Shown here: positions 10,148-18,458 of the stretch, one piece after another | Numbering within the stretch: the first letter of the stretch is position 1 | Layout: every line of letters begins with the position of its first letter | Position numbers and translations under genes: made by a program | Notes under the pieces: generated by a model | Told to the model about the DNA's origin: nothing | Seen by the model: the letters and a program-made list of their open reading frames with translations, nothing else | Database searches by the model: none | DNA from: an uncultured Bacilli bacterium | GTDB taxonomy: Bacteria; Bacillota_I; Bacilli_A; RF39; UBA660 | Assembly (NCBI GenBank): GCA_947631105.1 | Contig: CANRKD010000001.1 | Coordinates: 1-54,845, forward strand | Length of the DNA: 54,845 nt | Direction: 5' to 3'

Positions 10148-10325
10148 ACCTGAAGGATATAGTTTGTTTTATATAAAACCGACTATGGATATTCTTGGGA
10201 ATCTAATTGAACTGTGGTGTAGAAAACTAACCCATTAAGTGTTGTTAGGATCCTAAAGCAGTTCATGTGATGCCCACCTCGCGTGAGCGGGTTTTTATCC
10301 AAACAGACTTTCCTTTGGGTTTTTA
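10148..10325 (+). ncRNA. candidate structured RNA: 6S-RNA-like (ssrS/bsrA-like), or alternatively a cis-acting leader/attenuator of tcdA
   Basis: The predicted 5' end ACCTGAAGGA (10148-10157) pairs with TCCTTTGGGT (10311-10320) over 10 bp, two of them G-U, directly before a T-run. Further long-range helices are 10162-10166/10300-10304, 10173-10180/10290-10298 and 10208-14/10259-65. No ORF is present. Confidence 0.4.
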
Positions 10326-10341
10326 TTTTGAGGTGAATTAT

Positions 10342-11025
10342 ATGTTTGAAAGAACATTGCGAATTTTAGATCATAAAATTTTTGAGAACTTACAAGCCAA
10401 AAAAATTCTATTGGTTGGAATCGGTGGAGTAGGAGGGTCAGCATTAGAAGCTTTAGTTCGCGTAGGATTTCTAAATATCACTATTGTTGATCATGATGTT
10501 ATTGATAAAACCAATTTAAATAGACAAGTGATAACTTCAAACCAAAATATAGGTAGATTAAAAGTAGAAGAAGCTAAAAAAAGAGTATTAAGTATCAATC
10601 CCAATATTTCTATAGAAACTTTTTCTATCTTTTTAAATGAAGCAAATATAGACGAAATTTTTAATATACACTATGATTATATTATTGATGCTTGTGATAC
10701 AGTATCTACTAAATTTTTATTAATTAGAGAAGCTAAAAAAAGAAATATTAAAATTATTTCTTGTATGGGAACAGGAAATAGAATGAATCCAATGGAACTT
10801 TTGATTACTCCATTAAATAAGACTTATAATGACCCTTTAGCTAAAGCAATGCGTTCTATTTTAAGAAAAAATAATCTTTCTTTAAATGTACCGGTTATAT
10901 GGAGTAGAGAACTTCCTATAAAAACGAACACAAGAAGTCCTGGATCTATGATGTTAGTTCCTACTACTGCCGGTATGTTAAGTGTTTATTTTATACTGGA
11001 TGACATACAAAAAACGACTAATTAA
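10342..11025 (+). CDS. tcdA: tRNA threonylcarbamoyladenosine dehydratase (ThiF/E1-like, YrvM/CsdL family)
   Basis: GAGGTGA lies 5 nt upstream of the ATG at 10342. The ThiF Rossmann motif ILLVGIGGVGGSALEALVRVG and DHDVIDKTNLNRQ are present. The track ORF start at 10267 would run through the terminator-like hairpins. Confidence 0.8.
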   Translation: MFERTLRILDHKIFENLQAKKILLVGIGGVGGSALEALVRVGFLNITIVDHDVIDKTNLNRQVITSNQNIGRLKVEEAKKRVLSINPNISIETFSIFLNEANIDEIFNIHYDYIIDACDTVSTKFLLIREAKKRNIKIISCMGTGNRMNPMELLITPLNKTYNDPLAKAMRSILRKNNLSLNVPVIWSRELPIKTNTRSPGSMMLVPTTAGMLSVYFILDDIQKTTN

Positions 11026-11039
11026 TTAGTCGCTTTTTT
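11009..11039. terminator. bidirectional intrinsic terminator shared by the convergent tcdA and gpsA
   Basis: The sequence is AAAAAA-CGACTAATTAATTAGTCG-C-TTTTTT. It is an 18-nt perfect palindrome flanked by an A-run and a T-run. Both stop codons lie inside the palindrome. Confidence 0.7.
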
Positions 11040-12005
11040 AGTGATAATTTCTATTAATTTTTTTGCTTCTTCTTCATTATATATAATATTATATAAAGTT
11101 TTGACAATCGCACATTTTACATGTTTTCTTTTTAAAATAGGATAAAGCACTTGTAAAGTATCGACACCTTCTACGGTATTTTCCTCTAAATATTTTTTGG
11201 CTTCTTTTTTATTTCCTTTTTTACCTATAATTTCTCCATAACTATAATTTCTGCTTTGATTTGAATTGCACGTTAAATTTAAATCTCCAAGACCTGCTAA
11301 ACTATTTAACGTTTCTAAAGAAGATTTATATTTATATAAGATATTTCCTAGCTCTTTATATATTTCTGTAAAATAAAGAGATCTAGTACTTTCATTAAAA
11401 TTAAGGCCTTTTAAAATTCCAGAACCAATAGCATATATATTTTTTAAACACCCGCAAATAGCAACACCAGTTAGATCATTTGATTTTTCAAAATAAATGG
11501 GACTTTCTTCAAAAGCTTTATTGATTATTAGTTGACTTTTTTTATCTTTACTGGCGACAGTAAAACCAAGAGGCTCTATTTTGGCAACATCTTCAGCAAA
11601 CGTTGGCCCACTGATGATTGAAATTTTATTTTTAAGATATTTTTTGGCAATTTCATGAACAAATTTTTTATTTTCCTTGCCAATCCCTTTACTTCCAATA
11701 AAGACAGGTATTTGCGAATCTAATATTCTATGAATATTTTTACAAACTTCCTTTATATATTCTACACCAGTAACTAAAAATAAAATATCGATATTTTCTA
11801 AAACTTCTTGGTATTCTGTAGTAATTGTTATATTTTTAGGAACGGTTTTATTATTAAAGTAGGGGATTAATTTTTTTGTTTTCTTATATTCTTCTACTAA
11901 AGTGGTATTTTCACTCCACATAATGATATTATTTTCTTTATTATTTGCTAAATTAAGAGCTATAGAAGTACTAAATACTCCTGTTCCTATGATTCCTATT
12001 TTCAT
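11022..12005 (-). CDS. gpsA: NAD(P)H-dependent glycerol-3-phosphate dehydrogenase
   Basis: The N-terminal Rossmann motif MKIGIIGTGVFST is present, as is the GpsA-typical GCLKNIYAIGSGIL. 327 aa. Confidence 0.85.
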   Translation of the reverse strand: MKIGIIGTGVFSTSIALNLANNKENNIIMWSENTTLVEEYKKTKKLIPYFNNKTVPKNITITTEYQEVLENIDILFLVTGVEYIKEVCKNIHRILDSQIPVFIGSKGIGKENKKFVHEIAKKYLKNKISIISGPTFAEDVAKIEPLGFTVASKDKKSQLIINKAFEESPIYFEKSNDLTGVAICGCLKNIYAIGSGILKGLNFNESTRSLYFTEIYKELGNILYKYKSSLETLNSLAGLGDLNLTCNSNQSRNYSYGEIIGKKGNKKEAKKYLEENTVEGVDTLQVLYPILKRKHVKCAIVKTLYNIIYNEEEAKKLIEIITKKATN

Positions 12006-13217
12006 TTAATTTTTTACACCTTTCATTTCATTATATAATTTATTTATATTATTTTCATATTTATTATTTTTAGATTGGTAATATTTTTTATTCTTTATAT
12101 TTTCTGGTAAATATTCTTGAAAGACCCAATCATTTTTATAATCATGAGGATATTTATAAGTTTTACTATTTGTTTTTATATGATTTGGCACATTACCAGT
12201 ATTGCCACATCGAATATCGTTTATGGCAGCATTAATAGCTAGATAAGCACTATTACTTTTAGGGGATAGTGCCATTTCAGTTACTACAACACCTAATGGG
12301 ATAGTTGCCTCAGGCAACCCTATTAATTCTGCAGCATGAATAGCAGCCATTACTTTAGGGCCAATAGATGGATTAGCAAGACCAATATCTTCATAAGCAA
12401 TAACACTCATTCTACGGTAAATACTATCTAAATCTCCAGCTTCTAAAAGTCTGGCTAAATAATGTAATGCAGCATCTACATCGCTACCGCGAATTGATTT
12501 TTGAAAAGCACTCAATACATCATAGTGTCCATCCTCATTTTTATCATGAAAAAACACGGGCTTATTATTAATAGATTGCACTAATTCCAGATTAATCTTA
12601 TTATTTACAGCAACATCATAACAGACTTCTAAAAGATTTAGAGCACTCCTAAAATCGCCAGAAGAAATTTTGGCAATATGAACTAAACTTTCTTCATCAA
12701 TTTCAATATTTTCTAAATATAAACAAGCCTTTTTTAATCCTTCTATAATTTCTGTTAAACTAAGTTCCTTTAATTCAAAAATTTGAACACGACTGCGAAT
12801 AGCAGGATTAATTTTATGATAAGGGTTGGAAGTTGTAAGACCAATTAAAATGATTAAACCACTTTCGATATGGGGCAACAATAAATCCTGTTTATCTTTA
12901 TTCATACGATGAATTTCATCAATTATAACAATCATTTCTCCATTCATTTTAGCTTCTTCAATAACAATATCAAAATCTTTTTTGTTATTTATAGTCGCAT
13001 TTAAAAAACGATAGGGAATATTTAATTCATGAACAATTGCATGAGCAATACTGGTTTTTCCAGTACCAGGTTTACCGTATAAAATAAAAGAAAAAATTTT
13101 TTTATTTTTTACCATATTAGATAATATTTTATTTGGACCAACCAAATGTGTTTGGCCAATAATATCCTCTAATTTTTTAGGTCTTAAGGTATTTGATAAT
13201 AATTCCAACTTTATCAC
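12006..13217 (-). CDS. rarA: replication-associated recombination protein A (AAA+ ATPase)
   Basis: Walker A is GKPGTGKTS and Walker B is VIIDEIHRMNK. A MgsA C-terminal domain is present (HYDVLSAFQKSIRGSDVDAALHYLARLL). The stop abuts the gpsA start. Confidence 0.9.
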   Translation of the reverse strand: MIKLELLSNTLRPKKLEDIIGQTHLVGPNKILSNMVKNKKIFSFILYGKPGTGKTSIAHAIVHELNIPYRFLNATINNKKDFDIVIEEAKMNGEMIVIIDEIHRMNKDKQDLLLPHIESGLIILIGLTTSNPYHKINPAIRSRVQIFELKELSLTEIIEGLKKACLYLENIEIDEESLVHIAKISSGDFRSALNLLEVCYDVAVNNKINLELVQSINNKPVFFHDKNEDGHYDVLSAFQKSIRGSDVDAALHYLARLLEAGDLDSIYRRMSVIAYEDIGLANPSIGPKVMAAIHAAELIGLPEATIPLGVVVTEMALSPKSNSAYLAINAAINDIRCGNTGNVPNHIKTNSKTYKYPHDYKNDWVFQEYLPENIKNKKYYQSKNNKYENNINKLYNEMKGVKN

Positions 13218-13314
13218 CTTATTTCATTATATCATTAATTTTTATTGTAAACAATAAAAGATCTATCTATTTTAATTTCTCCTTAAATTTTATATAATAG
13301 AATTGGGAGTGCTT

Positions 13315-14205
13315 ATGACAAATCAAGAATATTACGAAAAATATTTAGATTATTTATTGTTTGAACGAAAATTATCTAAAAATACGATTTCTTCTTATAG
13401 AGACAATTTAAATCGCTTTGAATTATTTTTAAATGGTAAAAATATCAAAAAAATTCAAAGAGCGGATATAGAAGAGTTCTTAAAATTCAATAAAAATTGT
13501 TCCGAAAAAAGTAGAGCTCATTATCTTACAGTAGTCAAAAATTTTTATTCATTTTTAGTTTTTGAAGATTTAATACAGAATAATCCCTGTGAAACAATAA
13601 AGCAGCCGAAACTTAGTAAAGTATTGCCACATTATTTAACAGAAAATGAAATTAATCAATTGTTAAATATCAATTTGAAAACAGCATATGATTATAGAAA
13701 TAAAGCGATGTTAGAACTTTTATATGCAACTGGGATACGTATAAGTGAATTAATTAATCTAAAATTAAGTAATATTGACTTAGAACAAGATATTATCCGG
13801 GTGATAGGAAAGGGGAGTAAAGAACGTATTAGTCCTATTAGTGATATTGCCGAAAAATATATGCGTATTTATATAAATGAATATCGAAATTTATTGCTAA
13901 AAAATAAAGATAGTGAATATATTTTTATTAATAATTTCGGTAATCGTATTTCTAGACAGGGTTTTTTCAAAAACTTGAAACAGATTGCCAAAAAACAGGG
14001 GATTAAGAAAGAGATTAGTCCTCATACATTAAGGCATTCTTATGCTACACATATGTTAAATCATGGAGCTGATTTAAGAGTAATTCAAGAGTTATTGGGA
14101 CATAGTGATATTGCAACCACACAAATCTATACTCATTTAGTAAAAGAACATATTAAAGAGGAATACGCAAAACATCCAAGAGCAAAAAAAGAAGAAAACA
14201 TTTGA
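13315..14205 (+). CDS. xerD: site-specific tyrosine recombinase XerD (RipX-like)
   Basis: GGGAG lies 5 nt before the ATG at 13315. The catalytic C-terminus is present: HTLRHSYATHMLNHGADLRVIQELLGHSDIATTQIYTH. A SAM-like N-terminal domain is also present. Confidence 0.8.
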   Translation: MTNQEYYEKYLDYLLFERKLSKNTISSYRDNLNRFELFLNGKNIKKIQRADIEEFLKFNKNCSEKSRAHYLTVVKNFYSFLVFEDLIQNNPCETIKQPKLSKVLPHYLTENEINQLLNINLKTAYDYRNKAMLELLYATGIRISELINLKLSNIDLEQDIIRVIGKGSKERISPISDIAEKYMRIYINEYRNLLLKNKDSEYIFINNFGNRISRQGFFKNLKQIAKKQGIKKEISPHTLRHSYATHMLNHGADLRVIQELLGHSDIATTQIYTHLVKEHIKEEYAKHPRAKKEENI

Positions 14206-14223
14206 ACGTTTTCTTTCTTTTTT
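14194..14223 (+). terminator. putative intrinsic terminator of xerD
   Basis: A GAAAAC-(8 nt)-GTTTTC hairpin overlaps the stop codon and is followed by TTTCTTTTTT. Confidence 0.45.
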
Positions 14224-14224
14224 A

Positions 14225-14362
14225 TTATTCATTTCTACTAGAATTTCTATTATTTCTAGAATTTTCTTTTTGATTATTTTTGTTTTGACTTTGATTATTT
14301 CTATTATTTCTAGAGTTTTCTTTTTGACTACTTCTAGAATTTTTATTATTATTTCTATTCAT
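14225..14362 (-). CDS. small basic N/R/S-rich repeat protein (45 aa), below the ORF-track cutoff
   Basis: GGAGGT lies 8 nt upstream of the ATG. My translation is MNRNNNKNSRSSQKENSRNNRNNQSQNKNNQKENSRNNRNSSRNE, ending at a TAATAA double stop. The decapeptide QKENSRNNRN occurs twice, 18 residues apart. Confidence 0.5.
   Translation of the reverse strand: MNRNNNKNSRSSQKENSRNNRNNQSQNKNNQKENSRNNRNSSRNE
14243..14327. repeat. 31-bp direct repeat, period 54 bp, inside the small ORF
   Basis: ATTTCTATTATTTCTAGA(A/G)TTTTCTTTTTGA occurs at 14243-14273 and 14297-14327. The copies match at 30/31 positions. The single difference is synonymous (AAT/AAC) in the minus-strand frame. Confidence 0.85.
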
Positions 14363-14478
14363 AATTCTTTACCTCCTACTGTTATTATGCACTTAAATCT
14401 TTAACTAATTCATTTTTAAACAATATCTTTTTGGAAATAATTGGTCTATCATTTACATATATTTTATTGGTGATCTTT

Positions 14479-15231
14479 ATGAATATACTTATACCATTAT
14501 TAATTTCTTCAATAGCTGGTTTCTCGACTGTTTTAGGTGCATTTATTGTATTTTTAAGAATAAAAAAAGAAAATATTAATAAATTTATATCTATTTGCCT
14601 TAGTTTTTCATTAGCCATTATGATTGGAATTAGTATAACTGATTTAATTCCTTCCTCTCTAAATATTTTGTTAAAATCCAATTTAAGTAGGGGAATTATA
14701 ATTTCTTTAATTTCATTTTTATTTGGTATTATTTCTATTAAACTGTTAATTGTTAAAATTAACCAACAAAAAAATAATACTAATAATTTATATAAGTTAG
14801 GACTTTTAAATATGATTGCTTTAATGCTTCACAATTTTCCTGAAGGAATCGCTACTTTTTTAAGTTCTTATCAGAATTTATCTGTAGGTATTCATTTGGC
14901 TATTGCTATTATGCTTCATAATATTCCAGAAGGTATTAGTATCGCTGTTCCTATTTATTATGCCACAAATAATAAAAAAGAAGCATTAAAAAAAACTTTT
15001 ATATCTGGTTTTGCAGAACCTTTAGGGGCTATTTTAGCTTTTTTATTGTTTAAAAATTTTATAACCAATTCTTTTATAAGTATTATCTTATTGTTAGTTG
15101 CAGGAATTATGATTACTATTTCCATTGAGGAAATTTTTCCTCAAACATTGAAATACAATGAAAAAAAATACGTAACTTATGGCTTAATTTTAGGTATTTT
15201 AATTATTTTAATTAATCATTTTTGTTTTTAA
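14479..15231 (+). CDS. zupT: ZIP-family zinc transporter
   Basis: The ZIP motifs HNFPEGIATF and HNIPEGISIAVP are present and the protein is multi-pass. GGTGAT lies 4 nt before the ATG at 14479, which I prefer over the TTG at 14431. Confidence 0.8.
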   Translation: MNILIPLLISSIAGFSTVLGAFIVFLRIKKENINKFISICLSFSLAIMIGISITDLIPSSLNILLKSNLSRGIIISLISFLFGIISIKLLIVKINQQKNNTNNLYKLGLLNMIALMLHNFPEGIATFLSSYQNLSVGIHLAIAIMLHNIPEGISIAVPIYYATNNKKEALKKTFISGFAEPLGAILAFLLFKNFITNSFISIILLLVAGIMITISIEEIFPQTLKYNEKKYVTYGLILGILIILINHFCF

Positions 15232-15242
15232 TAAGATTAAAT

Positions 15243-15470
15243 GAAAGAAATGGAAAAGAGTAGAGGAGGTTTAAACCGTTAAGGATAAGGAATTTATTAT
15301 TCAGAAGTTAAAAATACTATCTACCCTATTTATATAAAAAAATATCCCTTTACTTAGGATTTTATATCTGGGTATAAATAATGACAATATTATATATTTA
15401 ATTTGAAGTTAATTGATAATATAAAACAATATAATATTATTATACTCCTCTACTTTACTTTCTTCTTTTT
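15243..15470 (+). repeat. long-range inverted repeat (purine-rich arm / pyrimidine-rich arm) enclosing about 177 nt, followed by a T-run
   Basis: AGAGTAGAGGAG (15257-15268) pairs with CTCCTCTACTTT (15446-15457) over 12 bp. One of those is a G-U pair that works only on the plus-strand RNA. The arms extend with bulges (GAAAGAAATGGAAA / ACTTTCTTCTTT). A T7 run follows at 15465-15472. Confidence 0.5.
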
Positions 15471-15774
15471 TTATTAAATAATAGGGGAAGTTCTATCTAT
15501 AAAGCTATAAAAATATCATATTAGACATTCTGAATGTTTATAGGTCTTTAAATAGTATCGATAATGTATCATCCAGAGAATATAGTACTTATTTATAAGT
15601 TTAGGGAAAGTGTTTAGAATATCAAATTATAATGGTTGTTCTAGCTTAAATAAACACATAGATTATTATATAATTTATAGTTTTTTATTTCATTTATTTT
15701 GTATTTTTAATTTCATATAATATATGTTATGTTAACTTACTGAGAAAATGATAAAAAAGAAAAGTATTTTTTAT

Positions 15775-16551
15775 CTATACTTTTCTAGATTCAATTTCAG
15801 CTATTTTTTCAATAATCTCCGCTGCATTTGATTCATTCATTTCAGTATAACCAAGTTCTTTTAAAGCTTGAATACGTATTGTATTTAATTGTTGTGTACG
15901 ACTCAATTTTTCTTCATTTTTTTGTTCAATTTCTTGTACAAAACGCTTATGACTATCTACTAATCGACTTCTACTTGCCCCACCATTATTATATAATGTT
16001 AAAGCAGAATATAAAATTCCTTCAAATATAAATTGCTTATCTTCATTAAAACGATAATCTTCGGGATTTGTAAAGCCAGTCGTCTTAGACATATAACCAA
16101 AAATATATTTTATTTCTGGAACATTATCAATGGATTGCAACATATGATATAAATATTGAATCGCATAAAAATTTTCCTCTTTTTTATTTTCATCTAACAA
16201 CTTTTCTTTTAATAAATAATTAATGTCTGCTAATAAATTTTGTTCTTCTTTTCCTAATCCTTTTAAATCAAAATAATTGTCTAAATCACTAGAAGATTTT
16301 ACTCCTTGATTTAATCTAGATTCTACAGCCATTAAATAATCTGTAGTAATTTTCAAAGATTGAAGTGTTGATTCACTACCATCTTCTATATCTAATAATT
16401 TAAATAATAATATTTTTTTCTCTTTAGGCCATTTATTAATGTCATCTAGTTCTAAGTAATTATAAACCATTTGACGTGAAACGCGTAAATATTTTGCTAA
16501 GCGAACTTTAGAAATTCCTAATTCTTGTAATAGTTCGTTTAATTTTCCCAT
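15775..16551 (-). CDS. helix-turn-helix (XRE-like) domain protein with an uncharacterised C-terminal domain (258 aa)
   Basis: The N-terminus LGISKVRLAKYLRVSRQMVYNYL is a classic HTH. The remaining ~200 aa show no recognisable motif. Confidence 0.6.
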   Translation of the reverse strand: MGKLNELLQELGISKVRLAKYLRVSRQMVYNYLELDDINKWPKEKKILLFKLLDIEDGSESTLQSLKITTDYLMAVESRLNQGVKSSSDLDNYFDLKGLGKEEQNLLADINYLLKEKLLDENKKEENFYAIQYLYHMLQSIDNVPEIKYIFGYMSKTTGFTNPEDYRFNEDKQFIFEGILYSALTLYNNGGASRSRLVDSHKRFVQEIEQKNEEKLSRTQQLNTIRIQALKELGYTEMNESNAAEIIEKIAEIESRKV

Positions 16552-16582
16552 GTGAAACTCTCCTCTCGCATTTTACGTTTAA

Positions 16583-16614
16583 ATTATATCACTTAACACT
16601 TTTTTGTCAAGTGT
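16583..16614 (-). promoter_or_regulatory. promoter of the HTH gene with an overlapping palindrome (candidate operator)
   Basis: On the minus strand the promoter reads TTGACA, 16-nt spacer, TGaTATAAT. The palindrome ACACTT-N7-AAGTGT (16596-16614) spans the -35 box. Confidence 0.5.
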
Positions 16615-16628
16615 AAATGATTGTCAAT

Positions 16629-17732
16629 TTATAAATAAAATAGTTTTTCGTTATTTTTATAGACTTCTTTGATAATCCCACAACCCAAACATTCTTCTTT
16701 TAAATAAAATACACAAGCTTGCCCAGGAGTTACGGATTTGATTTTTTCTGGATAAATTACTTTTATTTGATTGTTATCCAAATATTCTAAAGAAACGGGA
16801 TAATCCTCTCCCCTATAGCGAAATTTTGCAGTACATTTATTGGGTCTTTTTTCACTAATAAAATTGATATCTTCTAATAAACAAGCATCACTATATAAAT
16901 ACTCACTATTACCAAAGGCAACATATAAGATATTATTTTTTACATCTTTACCACATACATAATGGCGTTCTGTATTTCCATTAATTCCTACATTCCTTCT
17001 TTGTCCAATCGTATAATTCATGAGACCCGTATGCATACCTATTTGTTCTTTTGTTGCTACATTTAAAATTGGGCCAGGATTTGGTTTCAAATAATTTTTT
17101 ATAAATTCTTGATAATTTCTCTCTCCAATAAAACAAATTCCAGTAGAGTCTTTTTTATTTGCTACATTTAAATGAATTTCTTTGGCAATTTCTCGTACTT
17201 TTGCCTTTTCTAGACCACCCAACGGAAATAAAACATGATTTAATTGTTCTTTAGAAATCATAGCCAAAAAATAACTTTGATCTTTATTTTGATCAATACC
17301 ACGCAGCAATTTATTATCTTTATTTTGCGCATAATGTCCCGTTGCAATATAGTCCGCTCCCAGTTTTTTTGCTTCTTTTTTAAATAAATCGAATTTAATG
17401 TATTTATTACACAAAAGATCAGGATTTGGAGTTCTTCCTTTTTTTAATTCCTCTAAAAAATAAGTAAATACATAATCCCAATATTCTTTTATAAAATCTA
17501 CACGATGCAAAGGAATATCTAATATTTTACAGGCTTCTAAAGCATCATTATAATCTTGCTCTTGAGGGCATATAGTATTATTTAAATTTGGATTTCCAGA
17601 AATATCATTATTAATCATGGAATCCCAATTGCGCATAAAAAGACCTTCAACTTCATAACCATCTTTTTTTAATAAATAAGCAGCAACCGCTGAATCTACT
17701 CCTCCAGAAATACCTACAATCACTTTTGTCAT
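16629..17732 (-). CDS. mnmA: tRNA-specific 2-thiouridylase
   Basis: The PP-loop VGISGGVDSAVAA is present. 367 aa with typical MnmA central and C-terminal domains. Confidence 0.92.
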   Translation of the reverse strand: MTKVIVGISGGVDSAVAAYLLKKDGYEVEGLFMRNWDSMINNDISGNPNLNNTICPQEQDYNDALEACKILDIPLHRVDFIKEYWDYVFTYFLEELKKGRTPNPDLLCNKYIKFDLFKKEAKKLGADYIATGHYAQNKDNKLLRGIDQNKDQSYFLAMISKEQLNHVLFPLGGLEKAKVREIAKEIHLNVANKKDSTGICFIGERNYQEFIKNYLKPNPGPILNVATKEQIGMHTGLMNYTIGQRRNVGINGNTERHYVCGKDVKNNILYVAFGNSEYLYSDACLLEDINFISEKRPNKCTAKFRYRGEDYPVSLEYLDNNQIKVIYPEKIKSVTPGQACVFYLKEECLGCGIIKEVYKNNEKLFYL

Positions 17733-17800
17733 TCTAAACCACCTAAATTCAAGTTTATTATAGCATTGAACTAAAAATAAAAAAAGACGAAAGTCATATC

Positions 17801-18382
17801 TTATAATTTAATATTACCCAAAAGCCAGGTTAATATTGGATTTGAAATAAAGTAAACAATTAAATCATTTATAAAAATCAGAAAAATAATTAGAATTAAA
17901 TTTTTGTAATTTTTTAAAAATAAAGTATTTTTCTTTTTAAAATTTAAAATATAAGTTTTTAAAAATAAAATGGATTTAATAAAAAATAAAAATAATAACA
18001 AAATAAATAGTAGTTTAATGAACAAAAAATAGATAAGAAAATAAATAATGGATTGAAAATGGTATAAAGATAAAAAAATAGGCATAATAAAACCGATACT
18101 AATTCCCTCTAAAAATATATACACTAACAATATTGGTAACCCTATCAAACAAAATAAACATAAAGAAATAGTAAGTAATATCAAGAAATGATAAAAAATA
18201 TTCTTTAAATCAAAAATATTATGTTGGAATAAGTTGGAGGCACTATTTAAAATATTATTTTTAGATTCTACATCTTGATATACATAAAAAAGGATACCAC
18301 TAATAATACCAAATAATAATAAAATTGCTAAAAATAAATAACTATTTCTATGTTTATGAATGCTTGTCCTTATCGATTTCAT
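17801..18382 (-). CDS. multi-pass membrane protein, SpoIIM/DUF95-like
   Basis: 193 aa with about 5 hydrophobic helices. The N-terminus (HKHRNSYLFLAILLLFGIISGILF) resembles stage II sporulation protein M family members. Confidence 0.4.
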   Translation of the reverse strand: MKSIRTSIHKHRNSYLFLAILLLFGIISGILFYVYQDVESKNNILNSASNLFQHNIFDLKNIFYHFLILLTISLCLFCLIGLPILLVYIFLEGISIGFIMPIFLSLYHFQSIIYFLIYFLFIKLLFILLLFLFFIKSILFLKTYILNFKKKNTLFLKNYKNLILIIFLIFINDLIVYFISNPILTWLLGNIKL

Positions 18383-18458
18383 ATAATCACCTTTATAAAT
18401 CTTATTTACTTCTTGTTTAAAATATGATAAATTTATATTTGTTAGAGGTGTAGTTTAG

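Noticed and set aside
10136-10190. Purine-riboswitch-like strings (TATAAT ... GGATATAG ... CCGACTATGG) upstream of tcdA.
   Set aside because: The stretch is too short, and I could not draw P2 and P3 helices with the conserved loop sequences. The TATAAT is better explained as the -10 box.
10244-10262. SRP-RNA domain IV-like string (GTTAGGATCCTAAAGCAG compared with AGGUCCGGAAGGAAGCAG).
   Set aside because: Only 7 nt separate AGG and AGCAG, so there is no room for the helix plus GNRA tetraloop.
10267-10341. N-terminal extension of tcdA proposed by the ORF track (MMPTSRERVFIQTDFPLGFYFEVNY...).
   Set aside because: It would be translated through the GC-rich hairpin/T-run structures and has no RBS. 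The ATG at 10342 has GAGGTGA 5 nt upstream and begins the conserved ThiF-family N-terminus.
13315-14205. The tyrosine recombinase as a marker of a prophage or integrative element.
   Set aside because: It has XerD-type catalytic motifs and a SAM-like N-domain. No phage genes, transposase genes, att-like repeats or tRNA genes lie nearby. Its flanks are core genes (rarA, zupT), and a SpoIIM-like gene lies a few kb away, as near ripX in Bacillus.
14431-14478. A TTG-initiated longer zupT, and a possible Zur-box-like partial palindrome (GAAATAAT-N6-ATCATTTA) in the same stretch.
   Set aside because: No RBS precedes the TTG, and the ATG at 14479 has GGTGAT upstream. The palindrome matches only 6/8 positions and does not resemble the Zur consensus well enough.
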